DNA of 64,000 bases, from the NCBI GenBank assembly GCA_051251855.1, contig JBPOGI010000001.1, positions 256,001-320,000 on the forward strand, given 5' to 3'. The notes under the pieces were generated by a model. The model was not told the DNA's origin. It was given only the letters and a program-made list of their open reading frames with translations, and did not search any database. Source of the stretch: Roseibacillus sp. Its GTDB lineage: Bacteria > Verrucomicrobiota > Verrucomicrobiia > Verrucomicrobiales > Akkermansiaceae. The first letter of the stretch is position 1; every line of letters starts with the position of its first letter. The position numbers and the translations under genes are program-made. This document shows positions 38,086 to 48,400 of this stretch, one piece after another.

Positions 38086-38364
38086 TTACTTGAACTCGGC
38101 GAACTTGCGTTCGTAAAAGGTTTGCTCGTCATCACTGGCGTTGCGGGCTGCAACGACGCGGACTTTTTTGCCATCTGTTGAGAAGGCGAGGAAAAGGTAG
38201 CGGTTGGAAATCGACTTTCCAATGGCATAGAATCGAGACTCGCCATCGGAACGGTCGTTCTCGGGCAAGAGTCGTACCGCGAAGGGGTCTTCTAAAGCCT
38301 CCTCAATTTCGCGGGGTTTCATCTCCTTGGTGTCGAAGGAGACATCTAAGATATCCAGTTCCAT
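38086..38364 (-). CDS. BrnT family ribonuclease toxin
   Basis: EIEEAL, GESRFYAIG, VRVVAAR.A...E...Y motifs. Confidence 0.85.
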   Translation of the reverse strand: MELDILDVSFDTKEMKPREIEEALEDPFAVRLLPENDRSDGESRFYAIGKSISNRYLFLAFSTDGKKVRVVAARNASDDEQTFYERKFAEFK

Positions 38365-38656
38365 GTGTGCAAGTGAAAGGTGCGGTTGGATTGCCCACTC
38401 TTCAAGGCAAAATGAGGACAGTGGGAAAGGAAGAAGGGTGACTGGCGAGAGTTGGAGGGAAGGCGCTTTTTCTCAAAGAGCCGTCTTTTCTTCTCTTATT
38501 GGGCTGTTCTGCGAGGGCGGAAGGTCCTGTAGACCCTTTCGCTACTGACATTTTGAAGGGTGGTTGCCAAACTTTTCGGTTGTCAGATGTTCTTTTTGGG
38601 GTCACTTTAGCAACGCGCAAGGTTGTCTTTGCGTTTGAACTAACCAAAGGAAAATT

Positions 38657-38971
38657 ATCGCAGGACCGCCAAGAAGACGAGGAGGAGGAGGCCGCAGACG
38701 CGGGAGAGGACGTGGAGGTCCTGGATTCAAGAAGAGTAATATCCGTGAAAAGGATGGCGAGGCGAAAGCAGTCGAGATTGAGGGCACTGTAAGTGCGGTA
38801 TTAGCAGGGACAATGTTCAAGGTTGAGTTGTCGAGTGGACACGAGGTTTTGGCCCACATTTCGGGTAAGATGCGGAAGAGGTTTATTCGATTGGTAATTG
38901 GCGACAAAGTCAAGATGGAGATGTCTCCTTACGACACCTCCAAGGCTCGGATCGTTTATCGGTTGGGCTGA
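38657..38971 (+). CDS. infA: Translation initiation factor IF-1 with RGG-rich N-terminal extension; non-canonical ATC (or ATT 38654) start
   Basis: Hand translation ...[68 protein letters not shown]; in-frame stop at 38636; AAGGA upstream. Confidence 0.93.
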   Translation: MAGPPRRRGGGGRRRGRGRGGPGFKKSNIREKDGEAKAVEIEGTVSAVLAGTMFKVELSSGHEVLAHISGKMRKRFIRLVIGDKVKMEMSPYDTSKARIVYRLG

Positions 38972-38998
38972 GTTTTCTCTCATTACCTTTTTTCTTTG

Positions 38999-39026
38999 AG
39001 GCCTGCGATTACGCAGGCCTTTTTTT
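38999..39026 (+). terminator. Rho-independent terminator after infA
   Basis: AGGCCTGCG-ATTA-CGCAGGCCT followed by a T run. Confidence 0.9.
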
Positions 39027-39113
39027 GTGGATGGTAGGTAGGATAATTTTCGAGTTCTGCGAGATTTGAACTGACTGGGTACTATTCGGCGAGTAGCACT
39101 AGCGGTAGAGCAT

Positions 39114-40925
39114 ATGCTGGAGAATTGGGAATATTGGTTTTTAGCGGTTCTTATCGCGATTGTTTTTGTGTCTTTCGTCAAAGAGTGGATCTCAGTTGAG
39201 ATTGTGGCGCTGGTGGGGATGTTTCTGTGTGTTGGAGTGGGAATTCTTCCGCTCGGCGAGGCTCTCTCGGTTTTCTCTCATCCTGCTCCGCTCGCCATTG
39301 GTTGCATGTTCATTGTGAGCGCAGCGCTTGAGAAAACAGGCGTCATCGAGTCTTTGGGAGACTGGTTCGAAGACCTTGCTGGAAAAACAGAGAAGTCGAT
39401 GTTGCTTTGGTGTGTCCTGATTGTGGCGTTGCTATCCGGGTTCGTGAACAACACCCCGGTTGTGGTGGTCTTCATGCCGATCATTCTTGGGATCTGTCGG
39501 CGTAAGGACTGGAAGGCTTCACGTTTTTTGATTCCGCTGAGCTATGCCGCGATTGTGGGAGGAACCGTAACGATTATCGGTACCTCGACGAATTTGATCG
39601 CGGCGGGGATTGCAGAAGATAGCGGGATGGAGACCTTCAGTATGTTTGAGGTCACGAAGTTAGGGGTGGTATTCTGCGTGATTACGGCGGTCTATCTCAT
39701 GACGGTGGGGAGAAAGTTGCTACCGGATCGGACGACTTTGGCGTCCTTGATTGATACCGAGAGTTCGCGTGAGTTCATTACCCACGCCTATTTAAGTAAG
39801 GGCTCTCCGCTGGTTGGGAGTGAGTTTGGTGAGACGCCTTTTGCTAAAATCAAGAAGCTGCGACTGATTGAAGTACGTCGAAATGGCTTGCGGGTGAGGG
39901 TGCCGCTCAAGGAGGTGCGATTTCGCGAGGGAGATGAGCTTTTCTTTAAGGGGAGTCCGGACGGAGTGCTCGATGTTCATAAAACTGAGGGCGTCGAAGT
40001 GAGTAGTGAGACAGGGCAAGACGAGTTTGGGTTGGAAGGGGTGCGGACGGAATCTGCAGTGTTAATGGAGGGTATTCTGGGGCCTGATTCATCTTTGGTG
40101 GGGAAGTCTTTGGCTGAGATTAAGTTCCGCCAGCAATTCGGAGTAATCATCTTGGCGGTTCATCGACGTGGTAAGAATCTACAAGAGAAATTCGAGGACA
40201 CGAAGTTGGCCTTCGGTGACACGCTCTTGGTGCAAGGTTCCGCCGAGAAGATGAGGCGTCTGTTTGAGCAGCGTGACTTCATTAACTTGAGCGCGCCGAC
40301 GACGCAGGAATTTCGAAAGAAGAAAGCGCCTTGGGCCATTGGTGCCTTGGTGGTGTTTGTTCTCTTGGGTGCCTTGGGTGGTTTTGATTTAATTGAGAAG
40401 ATTCCTACGGTCCAGTTAGCTTTGGGGGCAGTGCTGTTTGTGTTGTTAACCCGTTGTTTGGAGCCCAAGGAGGCTTATGAGGCGGTGGATTGGCGAATTA
40501 TTTTTCTCATTATGGGGATGTTGGGGATTGGCCTTGCAATGATTCATTCGGGGCTGTTGGCTGCGATTGCGGACCAGGTTGAGGCCGTTTGCGGTGGACT
40601 AGATCCTCGCTTGATTATCGCTCTCATCTATTTACTCGCGGCTGTTCTTACGGAGTTGGTCAGCAATCAGGCGGTGGCAGTGCTGTTGACTCCTTTGGCG
40701 ATTCAGTTGGGCATTCAGCTAGATATTGAGCCTCGGGCTTTGGTCATTGCGATCATGTTTGGAGCTTCGGCGAGCTTCTCGACTCCGATCGGATATCAAA
40801 CCAATACTTATGTGTTTGGTGCGGGCGGCTACAAGTTTGGGGACTTTTTCCGAGTGGGTTTTCCGCTGGCGATTATTCTTTGGATTACAGCCAGTCTTCT
40901 GATTCCAATCATGTGGGAAATTTGA
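39114..40925 (+). CDS. SLC13/DASS family permease with two TrkA-C domains
   Basis: SGFVNNTPVV, LIPLSYAAIVGG, IGTSTNL, LTELVSNQA, STPIGYQTN motifs. Confidence 0.93.
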   Translation: MLENWEYWFLAVLIAIVFVSFVKEWISVEIVALVGMFLCVGVGILPLGEALSVFSHPAPLAIGCMFIVSAALEKTGVIESLGDWFEDLAGKTEKSMLLWCVLIVALLSGFVNNTPVVVVFMPIILGICRRKDWKASRFLIPLSYAAIVGGTVTIIGTSTNLIAAGIAEDSGMETFSMFEVTKLGVVFCVITAVYLMTVGRKLLPDRTTLASLIDTESSREFITHAYLSKGSPLVGSEFGETPFAKIKKLRLIEVRRNGLRVRVPLKEVRFREGDELFFKGSPDGVLDVHKTEGVEVSSETGQDEFGLEGVRTESAVLMEGILGPDSSLVGKSLAEIKFRQQFGVIILAVHRRGKNLQEKFEDTKLAFGDTLLVQGSAEKMRRLFEQRDFINLSAPTTQEFRKKKAPWAIGALVVFVLLGALGGFDLIEKIPTVQLALGAVLFVLLTRCLEPKEAYEAVDWRIIFLIMGMLGIGLAMIHSGLLAAIADQVEAVCGGLDPRLIIALIYLLAAVLTELVSNQAVAVLLTPLAIQLGIQLDIEPRALVIAIMFGASASFSTPIGYQTNTYVFGAGGYKFGDFFRVGFPLAIILWITASLLIPIMWEI

Positions 40926-40965
40926 GTCTTTCCGGCGGGGCTTGGTTGCGGTGATAGTCGGGGTG

Positions 40966-41667
40966 ATGAGGATATTTGCGCTCTTCTATTTTTTCAGTGG
41001 CTTGGTTGTTTTCGGGCAGGTGGTCGAGTTGGACCGCAAGAATCAGGAGATGGAAGGTTGGACGGTGCGGGTGGATGAGCGGTTGTTGGCCGGAGGGGAG
41101 TTTCATGAAGACTTTGGGGAACAAGCGCTAGCGGTATTGGGGGCGAGCTTGGTGAGGATTGCGGTCTTGGTGCCAGAGCCTCAGTTGTCGGAGTTGCGCA
41201 AGGTGAGCATCGTGATGGATGAGCACCCTAAATTGAAGGCGGCACAGTATCACCCCTCGGAGCAGTGGCTTGAGGAAAATGGCTATGAGTCTTCCTTGGC
41301 TAAGTGTGTGCACATTTCGCAGGCTTCCTTTTTTGCCAATCCCAAGTTGGTTTTTCAGCAGCCGTCAGTGGTTTTACACGAATTGGCTCATGCCTACCAC
41401 GATCAGGTTTTGTCTTGGGAGTATGCGCCTGTGATGGAGGCGTTTCAGGCTGCGGTGGCAGAGGGGCAATATGAGACTGTTCTTCATATCAGTGGTCGAG
41501 AGGCGCCGCACTATGCTTTGAGCAATCATAAGGAATATTTTGCGGAGGCGACGGAAGCGTGGTTCGGGTGCAACGACTTCTATCCGTTTGTTCGTCCTGA
41601 GCTGAAGAAGCATGATGGGAAGCTCTATGAAGTGATCAAGTCTATCTGGGGGGCGCCAAAGGAATGA
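40966..41667 (+). CDS. Secreted zincin metallopeptidase
   Basis: Signal peptide; VLHELAHAYH; YALSNHKEYFAE; NDFYPF. Confidence 0.85.
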   Translation: MRIFALFYFFSGLVVFGQVVELDRKNQEMEGWTVRVDERLLAGGEFHEDFGEQALAVLGASLVRIAVLVPEPQLSELRKVSIVMDEHPKLKAAQYHPSEQWLEENGYESSLAKCVHISQASFFANPKLVFQQPSVVLHELAHAYHDQVLSWEYAPVMEAFQAAVAEGQYETVLHISGREAPHYALSNHKEYFAEATEAWFGCNDFYPFVRPELKKHDGKLYEVIKSIWGAPKE

Positions 41668-42695
41668 GTAGGGGGAAGTCCTGTTTGGTTCTAGTGGGGC
41701 CGGTTCTCTTAGCGGTGGTTTTGTGCGCTCAAGTTATTACCCCAGTGTCTTGGCGGGAGGTTGCGGTAGAGGGGAAGGCGCACAAGCGACATGAGCATGC
41801 CTTTGTGGCGGTGGGGGAGCGATTCTATGCCTTAGGAGGAAGGAGGATACAGCCGGTGGATATTTTCGATACGGTGACTGAGTCTTGGGCTCAAGGTTCT
41901 CCGCCTCCGATTGAGTTGCATCACTTTCAAGCTCTGGAAAGAGAGGGGCGAGTGGTCATTGCTGGCGCCTTTACCGGACGTTTTCCGGGGGAGGTGCCGG
42001 TGTCAAATATTTACTACTATGACCCTAGTAGTGACCTTTGGAGCAAGGGGCCGAAAATTCCGGCCGATCGCCGTCGTGGTTCGGCGGGGGCTTTTATGCG
42101 TGAGGGGAAACTTTATTTGGTTAGTGGATTAACGGATGGGCACCGATCAGGTTGGGTGCCTTGGTTCGATGAGTATAACTTTACAAGTGATACGTGGCGG
42201 AGGTTGCCAGATGCGCCTCGAGCACGGGACCACTTTCAGGCGGTTATGGTGGGGGATCAGTTGGTGTTAGCGGGTGGACGTCGTTCGGGAGAGGGAGGAA
42301 GTGTATTTAAGCCAGTGATTCGCGAGGTGGATGTCTTTGACTTTTCCACGGGTGCTTGGCGCACTTTGGCTTCGCCAGCAGGAGATATCCCCACACCACG
42401 AGCGGGGACCTCAGCTCTTCTTGTGAGCGGGAAGGTGGTGGTGATTGGGGGTGAAAGTGGTCGCCGGGAGGCTCACGTTGAAGTGGAAGCGTTAGACCTC
42501 GAAAGCGAGACTTGGGCGAGTTGGGTGGACTTGGCACAAGGCAGGCATGCTACGCAGCCGGTCTTGCGTGACGGGAGAGTCTACCTGCAAGCTGGCTCCG
42601 TGACTCGAGGAGGAACGGAGACCAGCTCGCTGGTGACTTGTCCAGTCTTACTGTGGGATCCGTTTAAAGTGAGTTCTGGCGAGCTCCCTCGTTGA
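41664..42695 (+). CDS. Kelch repeat beta-propeller protein
   Basis: Repeated GG...Y/FD....W units (YALGGR, LAGGR, VIGGE). Confidence 0.9.
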   Translation: MSRGKSCLVLVGPVLLAVVLCAQVITPVSWREVAVEGKAHKRHEHAFVAVGERFYALGGRRIQPVDIFDTVTESWAQGSPPPIELHHFQALEREGRVVIAGAFTGRFPGEVPVSNIYYYDPSSDLWSKGPKIPADRRRGSAGAFMREGKLYLVSGLTDGHRSGWVPWFDEYNFTSDTWRRLPDAPRARDHFQAVMVGDQLVLAGGRRSGEGGSVFKPVIREVDVFDFSTGAWRTLASPAGDIPTPRAGTSALLVSGKVVVIGGESGRREAHVEVEALDLESETWASWVDLAQGRHATQPVLRDGRVYLQAGSVTRGGTETSSLVTCPVLLWDPFKVSSGELPR

Positions 42696-43407
42696 GGGCT
42701 GTGCGCTGGGCTTTCTCACTTAAGAAGGTTGCGTCGTCGCTCTTTTCACCTTCTGGTTTGGTTTCGAATTTTTCGGGGTCTACTCCAAGTGCACGGGTTG
42801 CATCGTCGATAGCTGTGCCATGAGCGCCCACTTCCGCGAGAGCTTCTTGATAGGTATCGGTGATAGTGGCCATGCTTTTAACTTCGCTAGGCACCTCGCG
42901 GAAATTATCGAGGAGCTCAGCGAATGCGGCCTGGTTTTGAGCTGAGGACTGATACCAAGCGGTGAATCCAAGGCAAGGAAGAGCAAGCAAGGTGAGAAGA
43001 GTGAGGTTAACGGCTAGGCTGAGTTTGAACTTCTTCTTTTTACGTTCGGCAAAGACTTCGCGCATTTCCTCGTCGCTTGGCCCTTGTTCTTCGAGTGGGA
43101 AAGGGTTGGTTTGTTGAGAGCCAGTAGGTGAAAAGGCTGCGTGCGCGGGAGGCATGCCATGAGCGGGTGAGGCTGCCGATTGAGCCTGCGGCTGAGCCAC
43201 GGGTATCTGATGAGTGGTTTGTGGCGTGGGCTCGACCGAATAGGTGGTGGCTGCGCTGGCCGCAGGGGCTGAGTAATGCGCAGGAACCGCCGGAGTGGCT
43301 GGGTGACCAGCGGTCTGAGGTTGAGGTGTTGGCTCAGGAGTGAAATTTTCCGCTGCGTGAGCTATGGCTGCGAGAATGTCTTGGTGGTCGTTGTTGTTGT
43401 TCGTCAT
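42664..43407 (-). CDS. Hypothetical single-pass membrane protein with Pro/Ala/Gln-rich N-terminus
   Basis: Low-complexity N-terminus, KKKK, TM helix, helical C-terminus. Confidence 0.65.
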   Translation of the reverse strand: MTNNNNDHQDILAAIAHAAENFTPEPTPQPQTAGHPATPAVPAHYSAPAASAATTYSVEPTPQTTHQIPVAQPQAQSAASPAHGMPPAHAAFSPTGSQQTNPFPLEEQGPSDEEMREVFAERKKKKFKLSLAVNLTLLTLLALPCLGFTAWYQSSAQNQAAFAELLDNFREVPSEVKSMATITDTYQEALAEVGAHGTAIDDATRALGVDPEKFETKPEGEKSDDATFLSEKAQRTALNEGARQNSL

Positions 43408-43555
43408 TTCAAGGCACGGTTAATTAGCGCTTCTTTTATGACGTAAATATTTAAATATGTCGAAATATAATAGTGACTTTATTATTAATAAATGATTATC
43501 AGTGAAATTTATAAACCAGTCCGATTGTTTTCTGGTCTGATTAACGCCCTAATTT

Positions 43556-44971
43556 TTAGTGGCTTGCTTCTATGCTTTGACCGATTTGGAGAACGAGCTC
43601 GTCTCGTAAGTGAGGGGCCATGATTTGCACTCCAACGGGAAGTGGGGTGTCTTCTTTGGACTGAATTGTTCCACAAGGGACCGAGATGGCGGGTAATCCA
43701 GCCAAGTTTGCGGAGATGGTGTAGACGTCGGCGAGGTAGTCTTGCAGGGGGTCGTTGTCGGCGGTGTGAAGCTTGCGCGGGGGGGTGGGTGAGGTGGGGG
43801 TAAGGATGGCGTCGACTTTTTGGAAGGCTTCGGTGAACTCGCGTTGAATAAGGGTGCGGACCTTTTGGGCGCGGGTGTAATAGGCGTCGTAGTATCCGGA
43901 AGAGAGGACGTAGGTGCCTAAGAGGATACGGCGTTTGACCTCGGGGCCAAATCCTTCTTCGCGGGACTTGCGGTAGGTGTCGATGATGTCAGTGGCGTTA
44001 CTACTACGCTTACCGTAGCGAATGCCATCGAAGCGGGACAGGTTGGAAGATGCTTCGGCAGGAGCGAGGATGTAGTAGGTGGCGACGGCGGCGTCAGTGG
44101 AAGGGAGGTCGATTTCGAAGAGTTCAGCGCCTTGTTCTTCCAGTTTCGCGGCGGCAGCGCGAACGAGGGCCTCGATGGCTGGGTCGAGTCCTTCGGCAAA
44201 GTATTGCTTGGGGAGGCCGATGCGGAGGCCTTTGACGCCATCATTGAGAGTGGCGGAGAAGTCGGGGACGGGTTCGTCAAGGGAGGTGGAGTCGAGAGGG
44301 TCGTGACCGGCGATGACCTGTAGGAGAGTAGCGGCGTCTTCGACCGTGTGGGTGAGGGGGCCGATTTGGTCGAGAGAAGAGGCAAAGGCAACGAGTCCGT
44401 AGCGAGAGACGCGGCCGTAAGAAGGTTTCATGCCGACGATGCCGCAATGGGCGGCGGGTTGGCGGATAGATCCGCCGGTGTCGGAGCCAAGAGAGGCGAA
44501 GGCCATCTCGGAGGCGACGACGGCTGCAGAACCGCCAGATGAGCCACCGGGGATCCGAGTGTGGTCGTGAGGGTTGACGGTGGTTGCGAGAGCGGAGTTT
44601 TCGGTAGCGGATCCCATCGCGAATTCGTCCATGTTGGCACGACCTAACAGAATGGCACCAGCTTCGCGTAGTTTGCGAGTGACGGTAGCGTCGTAGGGTG
44701 CGGTGTATCCGCTTTCGAGAATTTTGGAGCCGCAAGTGCAGGGTTGGCCAAGGGCGTTGATGTTGTCCTTAAGAACAATGGGGATGCCGCCGAGGGGTTT
44801 GGTGAGGTCGGCTTGTTCGGCATCGGCGCGTGCTTGCTCGGCGTTGAAGGAGATGAGGGCCCCTATGGTGGGGTTCTTTTCCTCAAATCTGGAGAGAAGG
44901 TCGTCGACGAGGGCGAGGGAAGTAGTTTCGCCAGCTTGGAGAGCCGCGCGGGCTTGAGAGAGTGTGGTCAT
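43556..44971 (-). CDS. gatA: Asp/Glu-tRNA amidotransferase subunit A
   Basis: KDNI, NMDEFAMGS, GGSSGGS, GSDTGGSIRQPA, SNLSRFDGIRYG. Confidence 0.98.
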   Translation of the reverse strand: MTTLSQARAALQAGETTSLALVDDLLSRFEEKNPTIGALISFNAEQARADAEQADLTKPLGGIPIVLKDNINALGQPCTCGSKILESGYTAPYDATVTRKLREAGAILLGRANMDEFAMGSATENSALATTVNPHDHTRIPGGSSGGSAAVVASEMAFASLGSDTGGSIRQPAAHCGIVGMKPSYGRVSRYGLVAFASSLDQIGPLTHTVEDAATLLQVIAGHDPLDSTSLDEPVPDFSATLNDGVKGLRIGLPKQYFAEGLDPAIEALVRAAAAKLEEQGAELFEIDLPSTDAAVATYYILAPAEASSNLSRFDGIRYGKRSSNATDIIDTYRKSREEGFGPEVKRRILLGTYVLSSGYYDAYYTRAQKVRTLIQREFTEAFQKVDAILTPTSPTPPRKLHTADNDPLQDYLADVYTISANLAGLPAISVPCGTIQSKEDTPLPVGVQIMAPHLRDELVLQIGQSIEASH

Positions 44972-44991
44972 GGAAATTTGGGAAAAAGTTT

Positions 44992-45285
44992 CTAAGAGGC
45001 GTCGACGACTTTGGGGACGCGGATTTGGCCTTGTGCAGATTCGGGCGCGTTTTGCAGGACCGCTTCGGGCGAGAGTCCTGAGCGCGCGATGTCGGGGCGT
45101 AAAACGTCAAAGACGGGCGTGGGATGTGCGGTAGGCTCGATGCCGTCTACATCCAGAGCGGCGAGAGTATCAATGTGTTTGAGAATGGGCGTGAGCTGGC
45201 CTTCGAAGGTGGTCAGCTCTTCCTCGGTCAAGTCGAGGCGGGCGAGTTCGGCAATGCGTTTGAGGGCAATATTATCGTCGGGCAC
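44992..45285 (-). CDS. gatC: Asp/Glu-tRNA amidotransferase subunit C
   Basis: IAELARL, IEPT.HP, LRPD, QNAP, VPKV motifs; upstream of gatA. Confidence 0.96.
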   Translation of the reverse strand: MPDDNIALKRIAELARLDLTEEELTTFEGQLTPILKHIDTLAALDVDGIEPTAHPTPVFDVLRPDIARSGLSPEAVLQNAPESAQGQIRVPKVVDAS

Positions 45286-45468
45286 GCGGCTTTCTAGCGG
45301 GTGCTTACGGGAAGTGAAAACCCTTTTTGATGAGGATGTCTCATCTGCGGACGTTCCCTTGACTCGAGGGATGCCGTATTAACTCGACTTTTTACGCTCT
45401 AACAAGAAACTGAAAAAACAGATGAACAGTGTTTTTGAGCTGTTTTTCGTTCGATAACACTAATTGTT

Positions 45469-48400
45469 ATGAAGTTTTCTCGATTCCGACCTCTTCTTTT
45501 TTCGTTCTTTGCTTCCATGGGACTACTCCCAGCGACTGACTATATATTCATCACGAATCAAGGTTATGTGGGTGTGCAAAGTGGACAGTTTATTCAACCT
45601 GTTTCAACCGTGGAGGGACTTGCTCCTACATTTTCGGTGGGCTCGGATGGGGCGCGAGAATACAGTTTTGATGGTGACCTGATTTTCGAAAGCAATGACT
45701 CCATTGTCTTTCGGACTTTGGGTTCAAGTGGAATTGATCGGCCGGTGCGAATCATCGCGACGGGAAATATTGTGATTCCTGACGGCATGGTGGTGGATGC
45801 CTCTGCATTTGGGCTCGCCGGGATTGCTGGCGGGGGGGATGGGGGAAGAGGCTCGGGGACTGGTGGTGCTGGTGGAGATGGAGGCAATGCGCTTTCGGGC
45901 GCCTCTGGTGGAGATGGCGGACTTGCCGATTCGCCTCGCACAGGGAAAAGCGGAAAGGTAAGAACGGAGAAGAAGTTGAACAATAGCACGAGAGGAGGTG
46001 ACGGGGAGGGAGGTCTCTTCAACAGCGGAGGAGTGGGATTCAACAACGCTGCGGAAAGCGATACTTCTCAAACCAGTTTTTCCCTAGGAGGAAGCGGAGG
46101 TCGACAGCGAGTGACCTCCAGCGGCGGAACCGGAGGAGCCCCCGGGCGTGGAACCTCGGATGATGGGGGGGATGGGGGAAAAGGAAGAGACGGGATTGAC
46201 GGGGTCACTGGTGGGAACCGTTTTCGGGATAGTGATGGGCGCGCAGGTCGAAATGGGACGAGAGGGACTCAGCGTTCGTCAGGAACATCTCTTGCCGGCG
46301 GCAATGGTGGTAATTCCGGCAGTGGAGGAGCAGGCGGAGGCGGCGGCTCTGGAGGCGGCGGCGGTGCAGGAGGCGGCGGAGGGGGAGCTGGAGATAGTGG
46401 TTTTCTTGGTGTTGCATCTGGTGGCAATGGTGGCGTCGGAGGACCGGGTGGCGATGGTGCTGATGGAGTAGCGGGAAAAGAGGGGCGAGATGGAGGTTCC
46501 GGCGGTGGCGGCGGAGGTGCCTTCGAGATTGTAGCGCGAGGCTCGCTCACACTCGGCGGAGACCTCCTCGCGCGAGGTGGCCAGGGAGGGACGGCAAATA
46601 CTTCCGTGAATATCAACACGGGGACTGCCTCTCCACCCGAGCCTGGGGATACAGGCGAGGCCGGTCAAGTCGTCAGCGGCGGTGGCAATGGAGGACATGG
46701 TGGCCCAGGAGGTTCTGGTGGAAAAGGTGGCCCCGGAGCAGACGGTGGCGGTGGCGGTCATGGAGCAGGAGGAGCGGGTGGCACGATTAAGTTGTCGTCA
46801 AACTCATTGAACGTCCAAAGAACCGCAAATATCGATCTCGCAGGTGGAGTGGGTGGTGGAAATACCACCAGCAAAGCGCCCAACGGAGGTGCGGGCAGAT
46901 TGGTCATCAGCTCGCTGTCGACATCCGTGACTAATCTGGCTCAGGTGGTGAATACGAGCACCGTTGTCATCGATAGAACGGGCGAAAAGGCTGCGAACGC
47001 TTTTGATGTTTCGGGGCTGGGCGAGGTTCCGGTGGTTGCTAATTTCGAGGGGGGTGCGGCCACGTCTGGAATTTTGGAAGACTACAGCGCAACTGAGTTT
47101 CTAGCGAATAACACCTATTTGACTGTGCCGAGTGACGCTGACGTCCTCATCAGTCGCAGGTCTGTTGATAGCCCTCAGCTTGTTCGTTACCCCGGCTATG
47201 ATTGGATATTAATACTGAACCTGACGAATGCGCCCTTGGTGGATGTGAATTTCGTGGTGGGGCGCACTTCGAATCCTTTGGATATTCCGATAATTGGGGT
47301 GGATGAAATTTACGCAATGTTGGTCCCTGCTGGCACCACGCAATATGCGGCTAGTTACATTCCGAATGGCGGAAGTAATCTCACGGAAGCGTTCTCAGAT
47401 TCTTATCAAGTGACGGATACGGTGGCGCTGGCGCCGCTTCCGCCTGATGTCTTCGTGGTGGATACTTTGGCTGACGAATTGGATTCTCCAGCGGGGGTGA
47501 CTCTTTCTCTGCGTGAGGCCATCCGTGATGCCGATGTTGGCGATGTCATCAAGTTTAGCTCTTCAGTCTTTGATGATCAGGATGATGCTATTGCTCTCAC
47601 GTCGGAGTTGGAGATAGCGAAGGATCTGACGATTGATGCGAGTGCGCTTCGGTATGGAGTTACTTTGGATGGTGGCGGGGTCACTCGCATTTTGAAGGTC
47701 ACTCCGAACGGAAATGTTGAGCTGGAGTCGATCCACTTCATGGACGGGTTTTTCGCCACGGGTAGTGATGGCGGTGGAGCGATCGATAATCTTGGAACAG
47801 TGGTGACAAGGCGTTGTTCGTTTTCCCAGAACTCCTCAAACTTTGGGGGAGCAATTGATAACGACGGCACGTTCACTGGCATCAACTGCACGTTTACTGA
47901 CAATAGTGCATCTACGTCGGGGAGTGTCATCTTTAACAATGGAGGAGGTTTTCTCACTTTGACCTATTGTTCGCTCAGTGGGAATTTGATGTCCAATACT
48001 AGTGCAGCTTTGATTGCGAGTGGTAACGAGACGATCTCGAATACGATCATTGCCTTCAATACCAATGGCTCTGGAAGCACAGAAGCGAATGTCAGCGGAG
48101 TCATTGATACTTTGTTGGGGACGAATATCTTAACTGGAGACCCGATGTTGGAGCTTTCCATTCCTGGCAGTGCGCAGACTCCGGCCTTGTTGCCTTTGTC
48201 TGGTTCGCCTGCGATCGATATGGCAACTGGTTCCACTGAGTTGCTGGACCAACGTGGGGTCTCGCGTCCGACGGCGGGCCTTGATATCGGTGCTGTCGAA
48301 GCATTGAAGGATCCGGTGGTGAACCGTTTGGAAGACACCGACAATTTGCCAAGTTCACTGCTCTCGTTGAGAGAGGCGCTACGCTTTGCTGCCGATGGCT

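Noticed and set aside
38499..38792. 97 aa acidic ORF upstream of infA; possible frameshift origin for IF-1
   Set aside because: No family features and no slippery site needed; an SD-preceded ATC/ATT start explains infA more simply
43438..43506. dif-like sequence and Fur-box-like AATGATTATCA
   Set aside because: Poor match to the XerC/XerD arms and no skew switch; the Fur match is only about 12/19 in very AT-rich DNA
46300..46520. GGCGGC/GGAGGC repeats resembling an array
   Set aside because: Glycine codons of the adhesin; no repeat-spacer structure, so not CRISPR
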